Positions 26,579-35,643 of a DNA stretch of 57,171 nt are shown here, one piece after another; positions within the stretch are counted from its first letter, which is position 1, and each line of letters begins with the position of its first letter. Below the pieces are notes generated by a model. It made no database searches, was not told the DNA's origin, and saw nothing but the letters and a program-made list of their open reading frames with translations. A program made the translations under genes and the position numbers. Source of the DNA: Candidatus Omnitrophota bacterium (GTDB lineage: Bacteria; Omnitrophota; Gorgyraeia; Gygaellales; Profunditerraquicolaceae); assembly GCA_041645145.1 (NCBI GenBank), contig JBAZQO010000002.1:1-57171 (forward strand), given 5' to 3'.

Positions 26579-28063
26579 ATGCGCAGCCAGCTAAAGATCA
26601 ATAACCCCTGGGGATATTTTTCCAAGATAATTATCCTAGCATATGCCGTTTTGCAGCTGTTGCGTTTAGCTGTCCTTCCCCAGTTTATAGATATATATTA
26701 TCATCTTCAGGCCGCCTGGGGATTTATTCAGGCCGGAGGTTACAGCAGCTGGGATTTTTGGGAGTATGCCCCGTTTGGCAGGCCGCATATATATCCGCCG
26801 TTATTTCACATTCTCCTGGCTCTGCTTATGAAATCAGGGGCCGGTGTTATATTTCTTGCCAAGTTCTTTGAATCAGCGACTCCGGTTGTATTTTTAATAA
26901 TTTTATGGAATTTTATAAGGAAAACCTACGGCGAACAGCTGGGTTTTTTCGTGGTCGTGGCGTTTAGTTCCGCTTTTGCTTTTTTTATTTCCCTCTCCAA
27001 TCATATCCCAGCATCGTTGGCTTTGATTTTTGGTTTTCTTTCGCTGGGCGAATTATTTAAAAATAGGCTATTACGCGCGGTTATTTTGCTCGTTTTGTGC
27101 TTCTATACGCATATCAGCGTATCCTGGTTTATCGCCTTAAGCTATATCTTTTACGCGGTTATGGATAAGCAGTACAGAAGAAATTCCCTCAAGGTTGTTT
27201 TTTATTCATTGCTAATAGCTTTACCGATTTTGTTTCACCAGTTCCTGGCATTGCATTTTATCCGGTCATTTGGAATGGATATGCCTGAAAGATTTCACTG
27301 TCAGATCAAGGTGATTGATTATATCCTGGCTTTCTTTGGTTTAGCGCTGGCGGCTAAAATGACTCCCAGGCACAGGCTTTTTATCGGCATGTTTCTAGCC
27401 AGCCTAATTTTCTTAACATACCCCTATCGCTTTTTTTCAGGAGAAGGTTATCTTCCGGTTATTTTTCTTTCCGCTTTGACTATGCAGGCGCTCTGGAAGG
27501 AGAAAAAGATATTTGCGGGGGTTTTAGTATTATTTATTTTATTTATTTCGCCTACCTTATCCATGAATAAGCCGGAGGGCCCCAGAAAAACAGGACATCA
27601 GATAAAGTGGGTGGATTCTGCCCTTGCCGGGATGATCCTCGCAAAAGGTAATTCTGTCTGGTTCCCCTGGATGTATCTTCCCGCGGCAGAGGTTATAAAA
27701 ACCAATTCCTCAGCCGGAGATATTGTTTATGCGAATATCAATATCGCCGGCTTGATATTAAGCAACCTTTCGCAAAGAGCTACCGCCAACGCTTTGCTTC
27801 CTGAAATAGGAACTTCGGAGCGCTTTGACCCCTTTTTGTCAGCGAAAATAATTATTTTGTCCGAAGATCTAGACCAGCGTTTGATAAATGACATAAGCCT
27901 TAAATATAACCTGGTCAAGATTAAAGAGAACAAGTATTTCTCGATATTCAAGAACCCCGCAAGCGCCTATAGGCTAAAAATAAGAAAAGCAGACCTTAAC
28001 TTCCGGACAGTTATAATTATCCTTTTTATACTTGCGGGCTTGTTTTGGTGGAAAAAAAGCTAA
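26579..28063 (+). CDS. Polytopic membrane protein, possibly a GT-C-type glycosyltransferase
   Basis: A 494-aa protein with about 10 or more hydrophobic segments. An acidic/aromatic first loop (QFIDIYYHLQAAWG) precedes a soluble C-terminal region and a terminal TM segment. No family was recognised with certainty. Confidence 0.5.
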   Translation: MRSQLKINNPWGYFSKIIILAYAVLQLLRLAVLPQFIDIYYHLQAAWGFIQAGGYSSWDFWEYAPFGRPHIYPPLFHILLALLMKSGAGVIFLAKFFESATPVVFLIILWNFIRKTYGEQLGFFVVVAFSSAFAFFISLSNHIPASLALIFGFLSLGELFKNRLLRAVILLVLCFYTHISVSWFIALSYIFYAVMDKQYRRNSLKVVFYSLLIALPILFHQFLALHFIRSFGMDMPERFHCQIKVIDYILAFFGLALAAKMTPRHRLFIGMFLASLIFLTYPYRFFSGEGYLPVIFLSALTMQALWKEKKIFAGVLVLFILFISPTLSMNKPEGPRKTGHQIKWVDSALAGMILAKGNSVWFPWMYLPAAEVIKTNSSAGDIVYANINIAGLILSNLSQRATANALLPEIGTSERFDPFLSAKIIILSEDLDQRLINDISLKYNLVKIKENKYFSIFKNPASAYRLKIRKADLNFRTVIIILFILAGLFWWKKS

Positions 28064-28080
28064 AAAAAGCTAAAAATTAT

Positions 28081-28108
28081 TTGACTTTATTCAAAATTTT
28101 GGTATAAT
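28081..28108 (+). promoter_or_regulatory. Sigma-70-type promoter (consensus -35, extended -10) for rplM-rpsI
   Basis: TTGACT (28081-28086), a 16-nt spacer, then TGGTATAAT (28100-28108). The rplM ATG lies only 10 nt downstream of the -10. Confidence 0.7.
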
Positions 28109-28117
28109 CAATTTTCT

Positions 28118-28549
28118 ATGAAAAAGACCTATACAGCCAAACAAGAAGACATCAAAAGGCAGTGGTATATCGCCGATGCCAAAGGCAGGGTGCTTGGCCG
28201 CCTGGCTTCTAAGATCGCTTCTATTTTAAGAGGCAAGCATAAGCCTATATTTACCCCGCATCTAGATACCGGAGACGGGGTAATTGTGATTAATGCCAGG
28301 CAGATTAAGGTTACCGGCCGCAAACTTAAGCAGAAGGTCTATCGCAGATATTCCGGTTATCCCGGCGGCTTAAGAGAGGTAACCTTAGAGGTGCTTTTAG
28401 CCAAAAAACCGGCTACAGTCATACACTTGGCGGTAGAGAGAATGCTTCCCGGGGGGCCGTTAGGCAGGGATATGATTAAGAAATTGAAGGTTTTCGCCGA
28501 TGATAAGCATGATTTGACCGGCGTAAAACCGCTTGTTTTGGAGGTTTAA
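28118..28549 (+). CDS. rplM: 50S ribosomal protein L13
   Basis: KRQWYIADAKGRVLGRLASKIASILRGKHKPIFTPH is canonical uL13. Confidence 0.96.
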   Translation: MKKTYTAKQEDIKRQWYIADAKGRVLGRLASKIASILRGKHKPIFTPHLDTGDGVIVINARQIKVTGRKLKQKVYRRYSGYPGGLREVTLEVLLAKKPATVIHLAVERMLPGGPLGRDMIKKLKVFADDKHDLTGVKPLVLEV

Positions 28550-28556
28550 AATTTAA

Positions 28557-28952
28557 ATGAATGATTTAGCTAAATATATAGCATTAGGAAGGCGCAAGGA
28601 ATCAACTGCCAGGGTGCGTATGGAACCCGGCACCGGTCAGATTGTAATTAACAACCGGCCTTTTGAGAAATATTTTCTGCGCGAGACTGACCGCATTATC
28701 GTTAAACAGCCTTTAGCGCTCACCGAAAGCGCAAATAAATTTAATATCGCGGCCAGGCTAACCGGAGGAGGCCTCACCGGCCAGGCGGGTGCTTTGCGTT
28801 TGGGTATCGCCAGGGCGCTCTTGCTGGCGGATGCTAACTTCAAAGAGATATTCCGTAAGAACGGTTATTTAACCCGCGACCCGCGCATGAAGGAGCGTAA
28901 GAAATACGGCCAGAAAGGCGCGCGTAAGCGCTTCCAGTGGACAAAGAGGTAA
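28557..28952 (+). CDS. rpsI: 30S ribosomal protein S9
   Basis: GRRKESTARV ... GGGLTGQAGALRLGIARAL ... DPRMKERKKYGQKGARKRFQWTKR is canonical uS9. Confidence 0.96.
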   Translation: MNDLAKYIALGRRKESTARVRMEPGTGQIVINNRPFEKYFLRETDRIIVKQPLALTESANKFNIAARLTGGGLTGQAGALRLGIARALLLADANFKEIFRKNGYLTRDPRMKERKKYGQKGARKRFQWTKR

Positions 28953-29004
28953 CAAGGAGCTGTAGATAGAATATAGCAGTCAGAAGGCAAGCTAAAGTTA
29001 AGAA

Positions 29005-29030
29005 GTCCCGCTGGGAAGCGGGATTTTTTA
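29005..29030 (+). terminator. Rho-independent terminator after rpsI
   Basis: GTCCCGC-TGGGAA-GCGGGAT hairpin followed by TTTTTTA. Confidence 0.8.
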
Positions 29031-29066
29031 TTGGCGGCGGGTTTTCGTTTCCGACGAGAAAAATCC

Positions 29067-29095
29067 TTGACGGAAGATCGATTTTATTCTATTAT
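29067..29095 (+). promoter_or_regulatory. Sigma-70-type promoter for the arg operon
   Basis: TTGACG (29067-29072), a 17-nt spacer, then TATTAT (29090-29095). An A-rich tract lies upstream. Confidence 0.65.
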
Positions 29096-29097
29096 GA

Positions 29098-29214
29098 GTC
29101 AATCCTTCGGCACCCCGGCCTAAAGGACGGGGTTTGCTCAGGATTGATACTGAAGGCGGCGTAATCTTTCTCCGCTTGAGCGCCGCCGAACGTATCAATA
29201 ATAAGGAGATTAAA
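29098..29214 (+). promoter_or_regulatory. Structured 5' leader of argC (candidate cis-regulatory RNA)
   Basis: An 8-bp stem TCAATCCT (29099-29106)/AGGATTGA (29140-29147) encloses a 9-bp hairpin (29112-29133). A 7-bp GC stem GGCGGCG (29155-29161)/CGCCGCC (29181-29187) follows. Its loop carries UCUCC, which is complementary to the argC SD GGAGA (29205-29209). Confidence 0.45.
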
Positions 29215-30240
29215 ATGGTCATCAACGTAGGAATAATCGGGGCAACCGGGCAGGCGGGTGAAGTACTCATCGGGTTATTGCTTAATCATCCTAATGTCAG
29301 GATAACCCATCTTTTTAATACCGGTAAAACTACGCAGGTTATCTCTGAAGTATTCCCTAAATTCAAGCACCGGCTGGATTTAGTTTGCGCAAAACCTGAC
29401 TGGCAAAAGATCCAAAGAGATTGTGACCTGGTCTTTCTAGCCCTGCCGCATACCGTATCCATGAAATTTGCACCTAAACTTTTAAGTTTAGGAAAGAAGG
29501 TCATTGATTTAAGCGCGGATTACCGGATCAAGAACCCTTCGGTTTATGAAAAGTTTTATAAGGCCAGCCACAAGGATAAGCATAACTTAAAAGAAGCAGT
29601 TTACGGCTTACCTGAGTTAAACCGGGCAGAAATCAAAGCTGCCAGGCTGTTGGCTAACCCCGGTTGTTACCCCACATCGGCGATTTTGGCGTTAGCGCCG
29701 CTATTGGCTGTAAATTTGGTTGATACTGATTCTATTATTATTGACGCTAAATCCGGGGTAAGCGGCGCGGGGAAAAAACTGGAAAAGGAATATTTGTTTT
29801 CAGAGATTGAAGGCGATTTCCGGGCATATAAAGTCAATGTGCATCAGCATGCCCCGGAGATAAATCAGGCCCTTTCGAAAATATCGGGAAAAAAAGTAAA
29901 CGTGACATTTGTTCCTCATCTGTTGCCGATCGAGCGGGGGATCCTCTCGACTATTTATCTTAAGAAAGCGGGCGGGGTTAAGCTTAAATGCAAAAGCACA
30001 GCGGAATTATTCAAAAAATTCTACAAGAATGAGCCTTTTATCCGGATTAAACCGGAAGGTATTTTCCCGAGGATTAAGGATGTGGCAGAGACGAACTTCT
30101 GCGATATCGGGGTTAAGGATTTTGGCCGAAGGATTATCGTAATCTCGGCGATTGATAATTTATTAAAAGGCGCATCAGCCCAGGCAGTGCAGAATATGAA
30201 TATAATGTATAAGCTTCCGGAGACCGCGGGTTTATTATGA
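29215..30240 (+). CDS. argC: N-acetyl-gamma-glutamyl-phosphate reductase
   Basis: VGIIGATGQAG and NPGCYPTS (active Cys). Start at ATG 29215 after AAGGAG. The ORF-track start at 29134 is an extension into the leader. Confidence 0.93.
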   Translation: MVINVGIIGATGQAGEVLIGLLLNHPNVRITHLFNTGKTTQVISEVFPKFKHRLDLVCAKPDWQKIQRDCDLVFLALPHTVSMKFAPKLLSLGKKVIDLSADYRIKNPSVYEKFYKASHKDKHNLKEAVYGLPELNRAEIKAARLLANPGCYPTSAILALAPLLAVNLVDTDSIIIDAKSGVSGAGKKLEKEYLFSEIEGDFRAYKVNVHQHAPEINQALSKISGKKVNVTFVPHLLPIERGILSTIYLKKAGGVKLKCKSTAELFKKFYKNEPFIRIKPEGIFPRIKDVAETNFCDIGVKDFGRRIIVISAIDNLLKGASAQAVQNMNIMYKLPETAGLL

Positions 30241-31373
30241 AAAAAGTCCTAAAAGCAGTTTTACCCGCGGGGTTTAAGGCAAATGGTGTGGCCTGCGGAT
30301 TAAAAAAATCCGGTAAGCTGGATTTAGCCCTGCTTTATTCGGAGTTCCCCGCTGTTGCCGGCGCAAAGTTTACCACTAATAGTATTATTGCCGCTCCGCT
30401 TATAGTCTGCAAAAAACATCTTAAATCCGCGAAAAAATTCCAGGCGGTATTGGTTAACAGCGGTAATGCCAACTGCTTTACGGGTAAATCAGGTTTGCAG
30501 GATGCCTTTGTTGTCGCCGGATGTATTGCGCGGGAATTAAAAATCGCGAAGAACAGCGTTTTAGTCAATTCTACGGGGATTATCGGTAAACGGCTGGATG
30601 TCGGCAGGATTAAACAGGGGATCCCTGAGCTTGTCAGCGGATTATCAGGCGCAGGTATCCATAAAGCCACGAAAGCGATTATGACCACGGATACTTTTAG
30701 CAAAGAGGTAACCGCAAGCTTAAAGATCGGTTCCCGGCCGGTGCGTATTTGCGGTATTGCCAAAGGAGCAGGGATGATTGCCCCGAATATGGCAACTATG
30801 CTTTGTTTTATCATGACTGATGCCGGTATCTCTAAAAATGCGTTGAACAAGGCCCTGACATCCGCCGTAGAAAATTCTTTTAACCGCATAACTGTTGACG
30901 GATGTATGAGCACTAATGATACGGTTGTAATTTTAGCTAACGGTGCCGCAGGGAATAAAACTATCTCCGGCGGCAGGAGCCTGCGGGATTTTTCTTGCGC
31001 CTTAGATGCTGTTTGCCTGGATCTGGCTAAAATGGTAGTTAAGGATGCCGAAGGCGCTACGAAATTTATCCAGATCGATGTTTTACAGGCAAAGGATTTG
31101 CATGAGGCGAAGTTGGTTGCTTTGAATATCGCTAATTCCGTGCTTTTTAAGGCGGCTGTTTTTGGCGAGAACCCGAATTTTGGCAGGGTGGCGCAGGCCG
31201 TGGGAGCAAGCGGTATTAAAATTAAAGAAGGGGGTTTGAAAATAAAACTGGGTTCGCTAAAAGGCAGGCAGGTAAAATTGGCAGTTAATCTTTCCCGGGG
31301 CAAGGCTAAGGCCAGGGTTTTTACTTCGGATCTTACCCCGGAATATATAAAGATCAACGCGGAATACAATTAG
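30237..31373 (+). CDS. argJ: Bifunctional ornithine acetyltransferase / N-acetylglutamate synthase ArgJ
   Basis: GFKANGVACGLKK and the autoprocessing site ATMLCFIMTDA. ATGA overlap with argC. Confidence 0.93.
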   Translation: MKKVLKAVLPAGFKANGVACGLKKSGKLDLALLYSEFPAVAGAKFTTNSIIAAPLIVCKKHLKSAKKFQAVLVNSGNANCFTGKSGLQDAFVVAGCIARELKIAKNSVLVNSTGIIGKRLDVGRIKQGIPELVSGLSGAGIHKATKAIMTTDTFSKEVTASLKIGSRPVRICGIAKGAGMIAPNMATMLCFIMTDAGISKNALNKALTSAVENSFNRITVDGCMSTNDTVVILANGAAGNKTISGGRSLRDFSCALDAVCLDLAKMVVKDAEGATKFIQIDVLQAKDLHEAKLVALNIANSVLFKAAVFGENPNFGRVAQAVGASGIKIKEGGLKIKLGSLKGRQVKLAVNLSRGKAKARVFTSDLTPEYIKINAEYN

Positions 31374-31382
31374 AAAGGACAA

Positions 31383-32237
31383 ATGGAAGACGCAATAAGA
31401 AAAGCAGATGTTTTAATCGAGGCGTTACCTTATATAAAGAGGTTTCATAAAAAGGTAATTGTCATTAAATACGGAGGAAGTATCCTGGGAGATGAAAAGA
31501 TCCGCAACGGAGTCCTGGAAGATATAGTTTTCCTGAATTTTATGGGTTTACGGACGATCCTGGTACACGGGGGAGGGCCTAATATCAGCGACCGCATGCG
31601 CGCATCAGGCAAGAAAACGGAGTTTGTCGAGGGGATGCGCGTTACGGATGAAGAGACCTTGCAGCTGGTAGAAGAGGAGCTGTTGGTTTTAAATGAATTG
31701 ATTGTAAATGAGATAAACCAGCTGGGTGCCAAGGCTATAGGCCTAAATGGCAAAGATGATGACCTGATCCATGTGGAAAAAAAGAAAACCAAGGTAGATA
31801 TCGGCCTGGTTGGCAACATTAACTCCGTGAATACGCAACTTTTGGATAGCGAACTTAAGAAGGATAAGGTGGTTGTGGTGCTGCCGATGGGAAAAGGCAA
31901 AGACAAGAAAATTTACAATGTCAATGCCGATGAGGCTGCGGCTTCTATTGCCGCCGGAATGCTCGCAGAAAAATTTGTCCTCCTGACTAATGTTAAGGGG
32001 ATCATGCGTAATTCCGAAGATCCGCATTCATTCATTTCAACCTTGACGGTTGATGAGGCGGTCGGACTGATTGAGAATAAGATTATCCAGCAGGGGATGA
32101 TCCCCAAGGTAAAAGCCTGCGTGGAGGCATTAAACGGGGGGGTGAAAAAAACGCATATTATTGACGCGCGCACCCCGCACGGGCTGCTCCTTGAGATTTT
32201 TACCGACCAGGGTATCGGAACCGAGATTATAAAATAA
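31383..32237 (+). CDS. argB: Acetylglutamate kinase
   Basis: VIKYGGS, VHGGGP and NVNADEAA motifs. Confidence 0.93.
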   Translation: MEDAIRKADVLIEALPYIKRFHKKVIVIKYGGSILGDEKIRNGVLEDIVFLNFMGLRTILVHGGGPNISDRMRASGKKTEFVEGMRVTDEETLQLVEEELLVLNELIVNEINQLGAKAIGLNGKDDDLIHVEKKKTKVDIGLVGNINSVNTQLLDSELKKDKVVVVLPMGKGKDKKIYNVNADEAAASIAAGMLAEKFVLLTNVKGIMRNSEDPHSFISTLTVDEAVGLIENKIIQQGMIPKVKACVEALNGGVKKTHIIDARTPHGLLLEIFTDQGIGTEIIK

Positions 32238-33425
32238 ATGAAGGCAGAGGAAATTTTTCAGGTTTATAAAAATGATATAATGCCCACCTACACCAAGGCG
32301 CCTCTTATTTTTATCAAGGGTAAGGGCTCGCGGCTTTGGGATATTTTCGGCAAAGCCTACCTGGATTTCTTTCCCGGCTGGGGGGTAGGAAATCTAGGGC
32401 ACTGCCATCCCAAGGTGATGCAGGGGGTAAGGGATCAAATCAGCAAGTTGATTTTCGTGCCGAATAATTATTATCATCCGTTTCAGGCGAAATTAGCCAG
32501 AGAATTGATTTACTGGAGTTTTCCGGGAAAGGTGTTTTTCTGTAACTCCGGGGCAGAGGCAAACGAAGGGGCGATTAAGTTAGCCAGGAAGTTCGGCGCT
32601 TCAACCGGGGCCAGATACGAGATAATTACTTTTGAGAATGCTTTTCACGGCAGGACCCTTGCAGCCCTGGCAGCAACCGGACAGAAAAAATACCAGATAG
32701 GTTTTGAGCCTATGCCGGAAGGTTTTAAACAGGTTAAGTTTAATGATGTTGATGCTGTTAAGCAGGCGATTACTGATAAGACAGCGGGGATTATGCTTGA
32801 ACTTATTCAGGGAGAGGGCGGGGTAAATGTCGCAAACCGGGATTTTGTTCTATTCTTAAGAAAAATATGCGATGAGAAGAAAATACTTTTGATCATTGAT
32901 GAGGTGCAAACCGGAATTGGCCGGACGGGGAAAATGTTTTGTTATCAGAATTACGGCATAACCCCTGATGTGATGACTTTAGCTAAGGCCTTAGGCGGCG
33001 GAATGCCCATCGGGGCTATGTTAGCTAAGAATGAGCTTGGCGATATTTTAACTGCCGGTACGCATGCCTCTACTTTTGGGGGAGGGCCGGTAATCTGTAA
33101 GGCTGCCTTGGGGGTTTTAAGAGCGATCCAGAAGGAGAAGCTGTTAAAGAATTGCCGGAATATGGGGGAGTATCTTTTAGGGAAACTAAATCTTTTAAAG
33201 ACAGCTTATCCGGTAATCAAAGAAGTAAGGGGCATAGGCTTGATGTTGGGCATGGAGTTAAGCATAGAAGGTAAGCAGATCGTGGAGAAGTGCATAGGGA
33301 AGGGTTTATTGATCAATTGCACGCACGATAAAGTTTTAAGGCTGATGCCGGCATTGAATATAACTAAAAAGGAAGTTGATAAAGCCTTAAAAATTTTAGA
33401 GAGTGTCTTGAAGGAGTGCGTATAA
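32238..33425 (+). CDS. argD: Acetylornithine aminotransferase
   Basis: Class III aminotransferase motifs: CNSGAEANEGAIKLAR, LIIDEVQTGIGRTGK and TLAKALGGG (PLP Lys). Confidence 0.9.
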   Translation: MKAEEIFQVYKNDIMPTYTKAPLIFIKGKGSRLWDIFGKAYLDFFPGWGVGNLGHCHPKVMQGVRDQISKLIFVPNNYYHPFQAKLARELIYWSFPGKVFFCNSGAEANEGAIKLARKFGASTGARYEIITFENAFHGRTLAALAATGQKKYQIGFEPMPEGFKQVKFNDVDAVKQAITDKTAGIMLELIQGEGGVNVANRDFVLFLRKICDEKKILLIIDEVQTGIGRTGKMFCYQNYGITPDVMTLAKALGGGMPIGAMLAKNELGDILTAGTHASTFGGGPVICKAALGVLRAIQKEKLLKNCRNMGEYLLGKLNLLKTAYPVIKEVRGIGLMLGMELSIEGKQIVEKCIGKGLLINCTHDKVLRLMPALNITKKEVDKALKILESVLKECV

Positions 33426-34345
33426 TGAAAAAGGACCTGCTTTCGATTAAAGATTTGAGCCTGGCGGATATAGAAGCCATCCTTAAGCTTAGTGAGAAGC
33501 TTAAGAAGAATAAAAATAAATTCAGCAGGGCCTTATTCGGGAAGACACTGGCTTTGATATTCCAAAAACCGTCTAACAGAACGCGGGTTTCCTTTCAGGT
33601 GGGTATGTATCAGCTTGGGGGGAACTCTCTTTATCTGTCCCCTCAGGAGATAAATTTGGGCGTAAGAGAGAGCATAAGAGATGTGGCCAGGACACTCTCT
33701 CGCTATGTCGACGGTATTGTCATAAGGACCTTTGAACATAAGAACTGCCTGGATATGGCCGCTGTGGCGTCTGTGCCGGTTATAAACGGTTTATCGGATT
33801 TTTCGCATCCCTGTCAGGGGCTGGCTGATATATTTACAATCAAGGAAAAGCTAAAAAAGCTTAAAGATATTACTTTAGCCTATGTCGGCGACGGCAACAA
33901 TGTTTGCAACTCTTTACTTTTTGCCGCAGCCAAAACCGGTATGAATATTAACGTGGCTGCTCCTAAAGGATATAGCCCGAGCGAAGAAGTAGTTAAGCTG
34001 TCATTAGCAATTGCCAGCTCAACCGGCAGCCGGATAAAAATTACTGAAGATCCGTTTAGCGCGGTTAGGGCTGCGCAGGTTGTTTATACGGATGTCTGGG
34101 CGAGCATGGGCCAGGAAGAGGAGATCAATAAAAGAAAGATTATCTTTAAAGATTTTCAGATCAATGCTAAACTCTTAGCTAACGCTCCGCCGGAAGTTTT
34201 GGTGATGCACTGTTTGCCTGCGCACAGGGGGGAAGAGATAACCGATGAGGTTATGGATAGCGGGAATTCAATTGTTTTTGACCAGGCGGAAAACAGGATG
34301 CATGTGCAGAAGGCGATTTTAATAAAATTATTAGCTAAGAATTAA
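33425..34345 (+). CDS. argF: Ornithine carbamoyltransferase
   Basis: SNRTRVSFQ, DVWASMGQEEE and HCLPAHRGEE. ATG 33425 overlaps the argD stop (TAATG). GTG 33416 is an alternative start. Confidence 0.93.
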   Translation: MKKDLLSIKDLSLADIEAILKLSEKLKKNKNKFSRALFGKTLALIFQKPSNRTRVSFQVGMYQLGGNSLYLSPQEINLGVRESIRDVARTLSRYVDGIVIRTFEHKNCLDMAAVASVPVINGLSDFSHPCQGLADIFTIKEKLKKLKDITLAYVGDGNNVCNSLLFAAAKTGMNINVAAPKGYSPSEEVVKLSLAIASSTGSRIKITEDPFSAVRAAQVVYTDVWASMGQEEEINKRKIIFKDFQINAKLLANAPPEVLVMHCLPAHRGEEITDEVMDSGNSIVFDQAENRMHVQKAILIKLLAKN

Positions 34346-34376
34346 CGGATCCTGTCTGGAACTAGCAGGAGATAAA

Positions 34377-35558
34377 ATGAAAAAAGTGGTGTTGGCATAT
34401 TCAGGTGGATTGGATACCTCTTGCATAGTCAGATGGCTTAAGGAAAAAGGGTATGAGGTGATCTGTTTTGTGGCGGATCTGGGCCAGGGGTTGGGTCAGG
34501 GTGAAAGCTTTGGGGCAATTGAAGAGCGGGCTTTGGCTGCCGGCGCTTCAAAAGTTTATATCCGCAATCTGCAGGAGGAATTTATCGACGATTTTATAAT
34601 CCCCGCATTAAAAGCCAATGCGGTTTATGAGGGAAAATATTTTCTGGCTACGGCATTAGGCCGGCCTTTGATCGCCAAATATTTAGTGCAGATTGCGCAC
34701 AAAGAGAAGGCAGGAACGGTAGCGCATGGCTGTACCGGAAAAGGCAATGACCAGGTAAGGCTTGAGGTAGCCGTAGGCATACTTGACCCGAGATTAGAGA
34801 TCATTGCCCCTGTCAGAGAGTGGGAGTTTAAATCCAGGGAAGATGAGATTGAGTATGCCTTAAAACATAATATACCGATAGACGTAACCAAGAAAAAGCC
34901 TTACAGTGTTGACCGGAATATCTGGGGGGTTAGTATTGAAGCAGGTGTTTTGGAGAATTTGGAACAGGAACCGCCGGAAGACGCCTATATAATTACCAAG
35001 AGCCCTACGCACACTTTGAGCTATCCGCGGTATATTGAAGTAACTTTTGAAAAAGGCATACCGAAGAAAATCGACGGTAAGGTATTCAAATTGAAGAATC
35101 TGATCAATTATTTAAACGAACTCGGCGGGCAATTCGGCGTGGGCAGATCTGATATGGTTGAGAACAGATTAGTGGGGATTAAATCCCGGGAGGTTTATGA
35201 GGCCCCTGCCGCCACTATTCTTTATACCGCGCACAAGGAGTTAGAGGCGTTGGTGTTGGATAGGGAACTGGCGCATTTTAAGGAGATGATCAGCCTTAAA
35301 TACGCCGAGTTGGTTTATTATGGCTTGTGGTTTTCTGTTTTAAAGGAGGCGTTGGATGGTTTTGTAGAGAAAACGCAGAAGCAGGTCAGCGGCACCATAA
35401 AATTAAGACTGTCTAAAGGCACCTGTGTTGCTGTGGGCAGGAAATCCAGAAATTCACTTTATAAGAAAGAATTAAGCACCTACGGTAAAGATGATAAATT
35501 TGACCAGAAGCTGGCGGAAGGCTTTATCAAGCTCTGGGGAATGCCGTATAAGAGGTAA
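34377..35558 (+). CDS. argG: Argininosuccinate synthase
   Basis: VLAYSGGLDTS, AHGCTGKGNDQVR and the rest of the sequence are typical ArgG. Confidence 0.96.
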   Translation: MKKVVLAYSGGLDTSCIVRWLKEKGYEVICFVADLGQGLGQGESFGAIEERALAAGASKVYIRNLQEEFIDDFIIPALKANAVYEGKYFLATALGRPLIAKYLVQIAHKEKAGTVAHGCTGKGNDQVRLEVAVGILDPRLEIIAPVREWEFKSREDEIEYALKHNIPIDVTKKKPYSVDRNIWGVSIEAGVLENLEQEPPEDAYIITKSPTHTLSYPRYIEVTFEKGIPKKIDGKVFKLKNLINYLNELGGQFGVGRSDMVENRLVGIKSREVYEAPAATILYTAHKELEALVLDRELAHFKEMISLKYAELVYYGLWFSVLKEALDGFVEKTQKQVSGTIKLRLSKGTCVAVGRKSRNSLYKKELSTYGKDDKFDQKLAEGFIKLWGMPYKR

Positions 35559-35563
35559 AACAA

Positions 35564-35609
35564 GGGGACGGTTCTATTTGTCTAAATTTAGACAAATAGA
35601 ACCGTCCCC
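35564..35609. repeat. Palindromic repeat family A, copy 2 (after argG)
   Basis: A perfect 46-nt palindrome: GGGGACGGTTCTATTTGTCTAAA / TTTAGACAAATAGAACCGTCCCC. Confidence 0.9.
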
Positions 35610-35643
35610 AAGATTTCCGTTAGATGTTAGTTAAGGAGAAAAA

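Noticed and set aside
28052-28071. Tandem 10-nt direct repeat AAAAAAAGCT x2 at the stop codon of the 26579-28063 gene.
   Set aside because: It is probably slippage in an A-rich tract. It is too short to interpret and is only mentioned under the membrane-protein finding.
29073-29095. A possible ArgR/AhrC ARG box overlapping the arg promoter (ATTTTATTCTA resembles the WWWWATTCANW half-site).
   Set aside because: The left half-site (GATCGAT vs TNTGAAT) matches poorly and there is no tandem second box. This is not enough to call.
30335-31369. A 344-aa ORF on the minus strand covering almost all of argJ.
   Set aside because: It is exactly antisense to a well-supported argJ. Its translation is low-complexity (rich in A, S, L, P and I), with no recognisable motif and no RBS or promoter. 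This is a typical shadow ORF in a stop-poor antisense frame.
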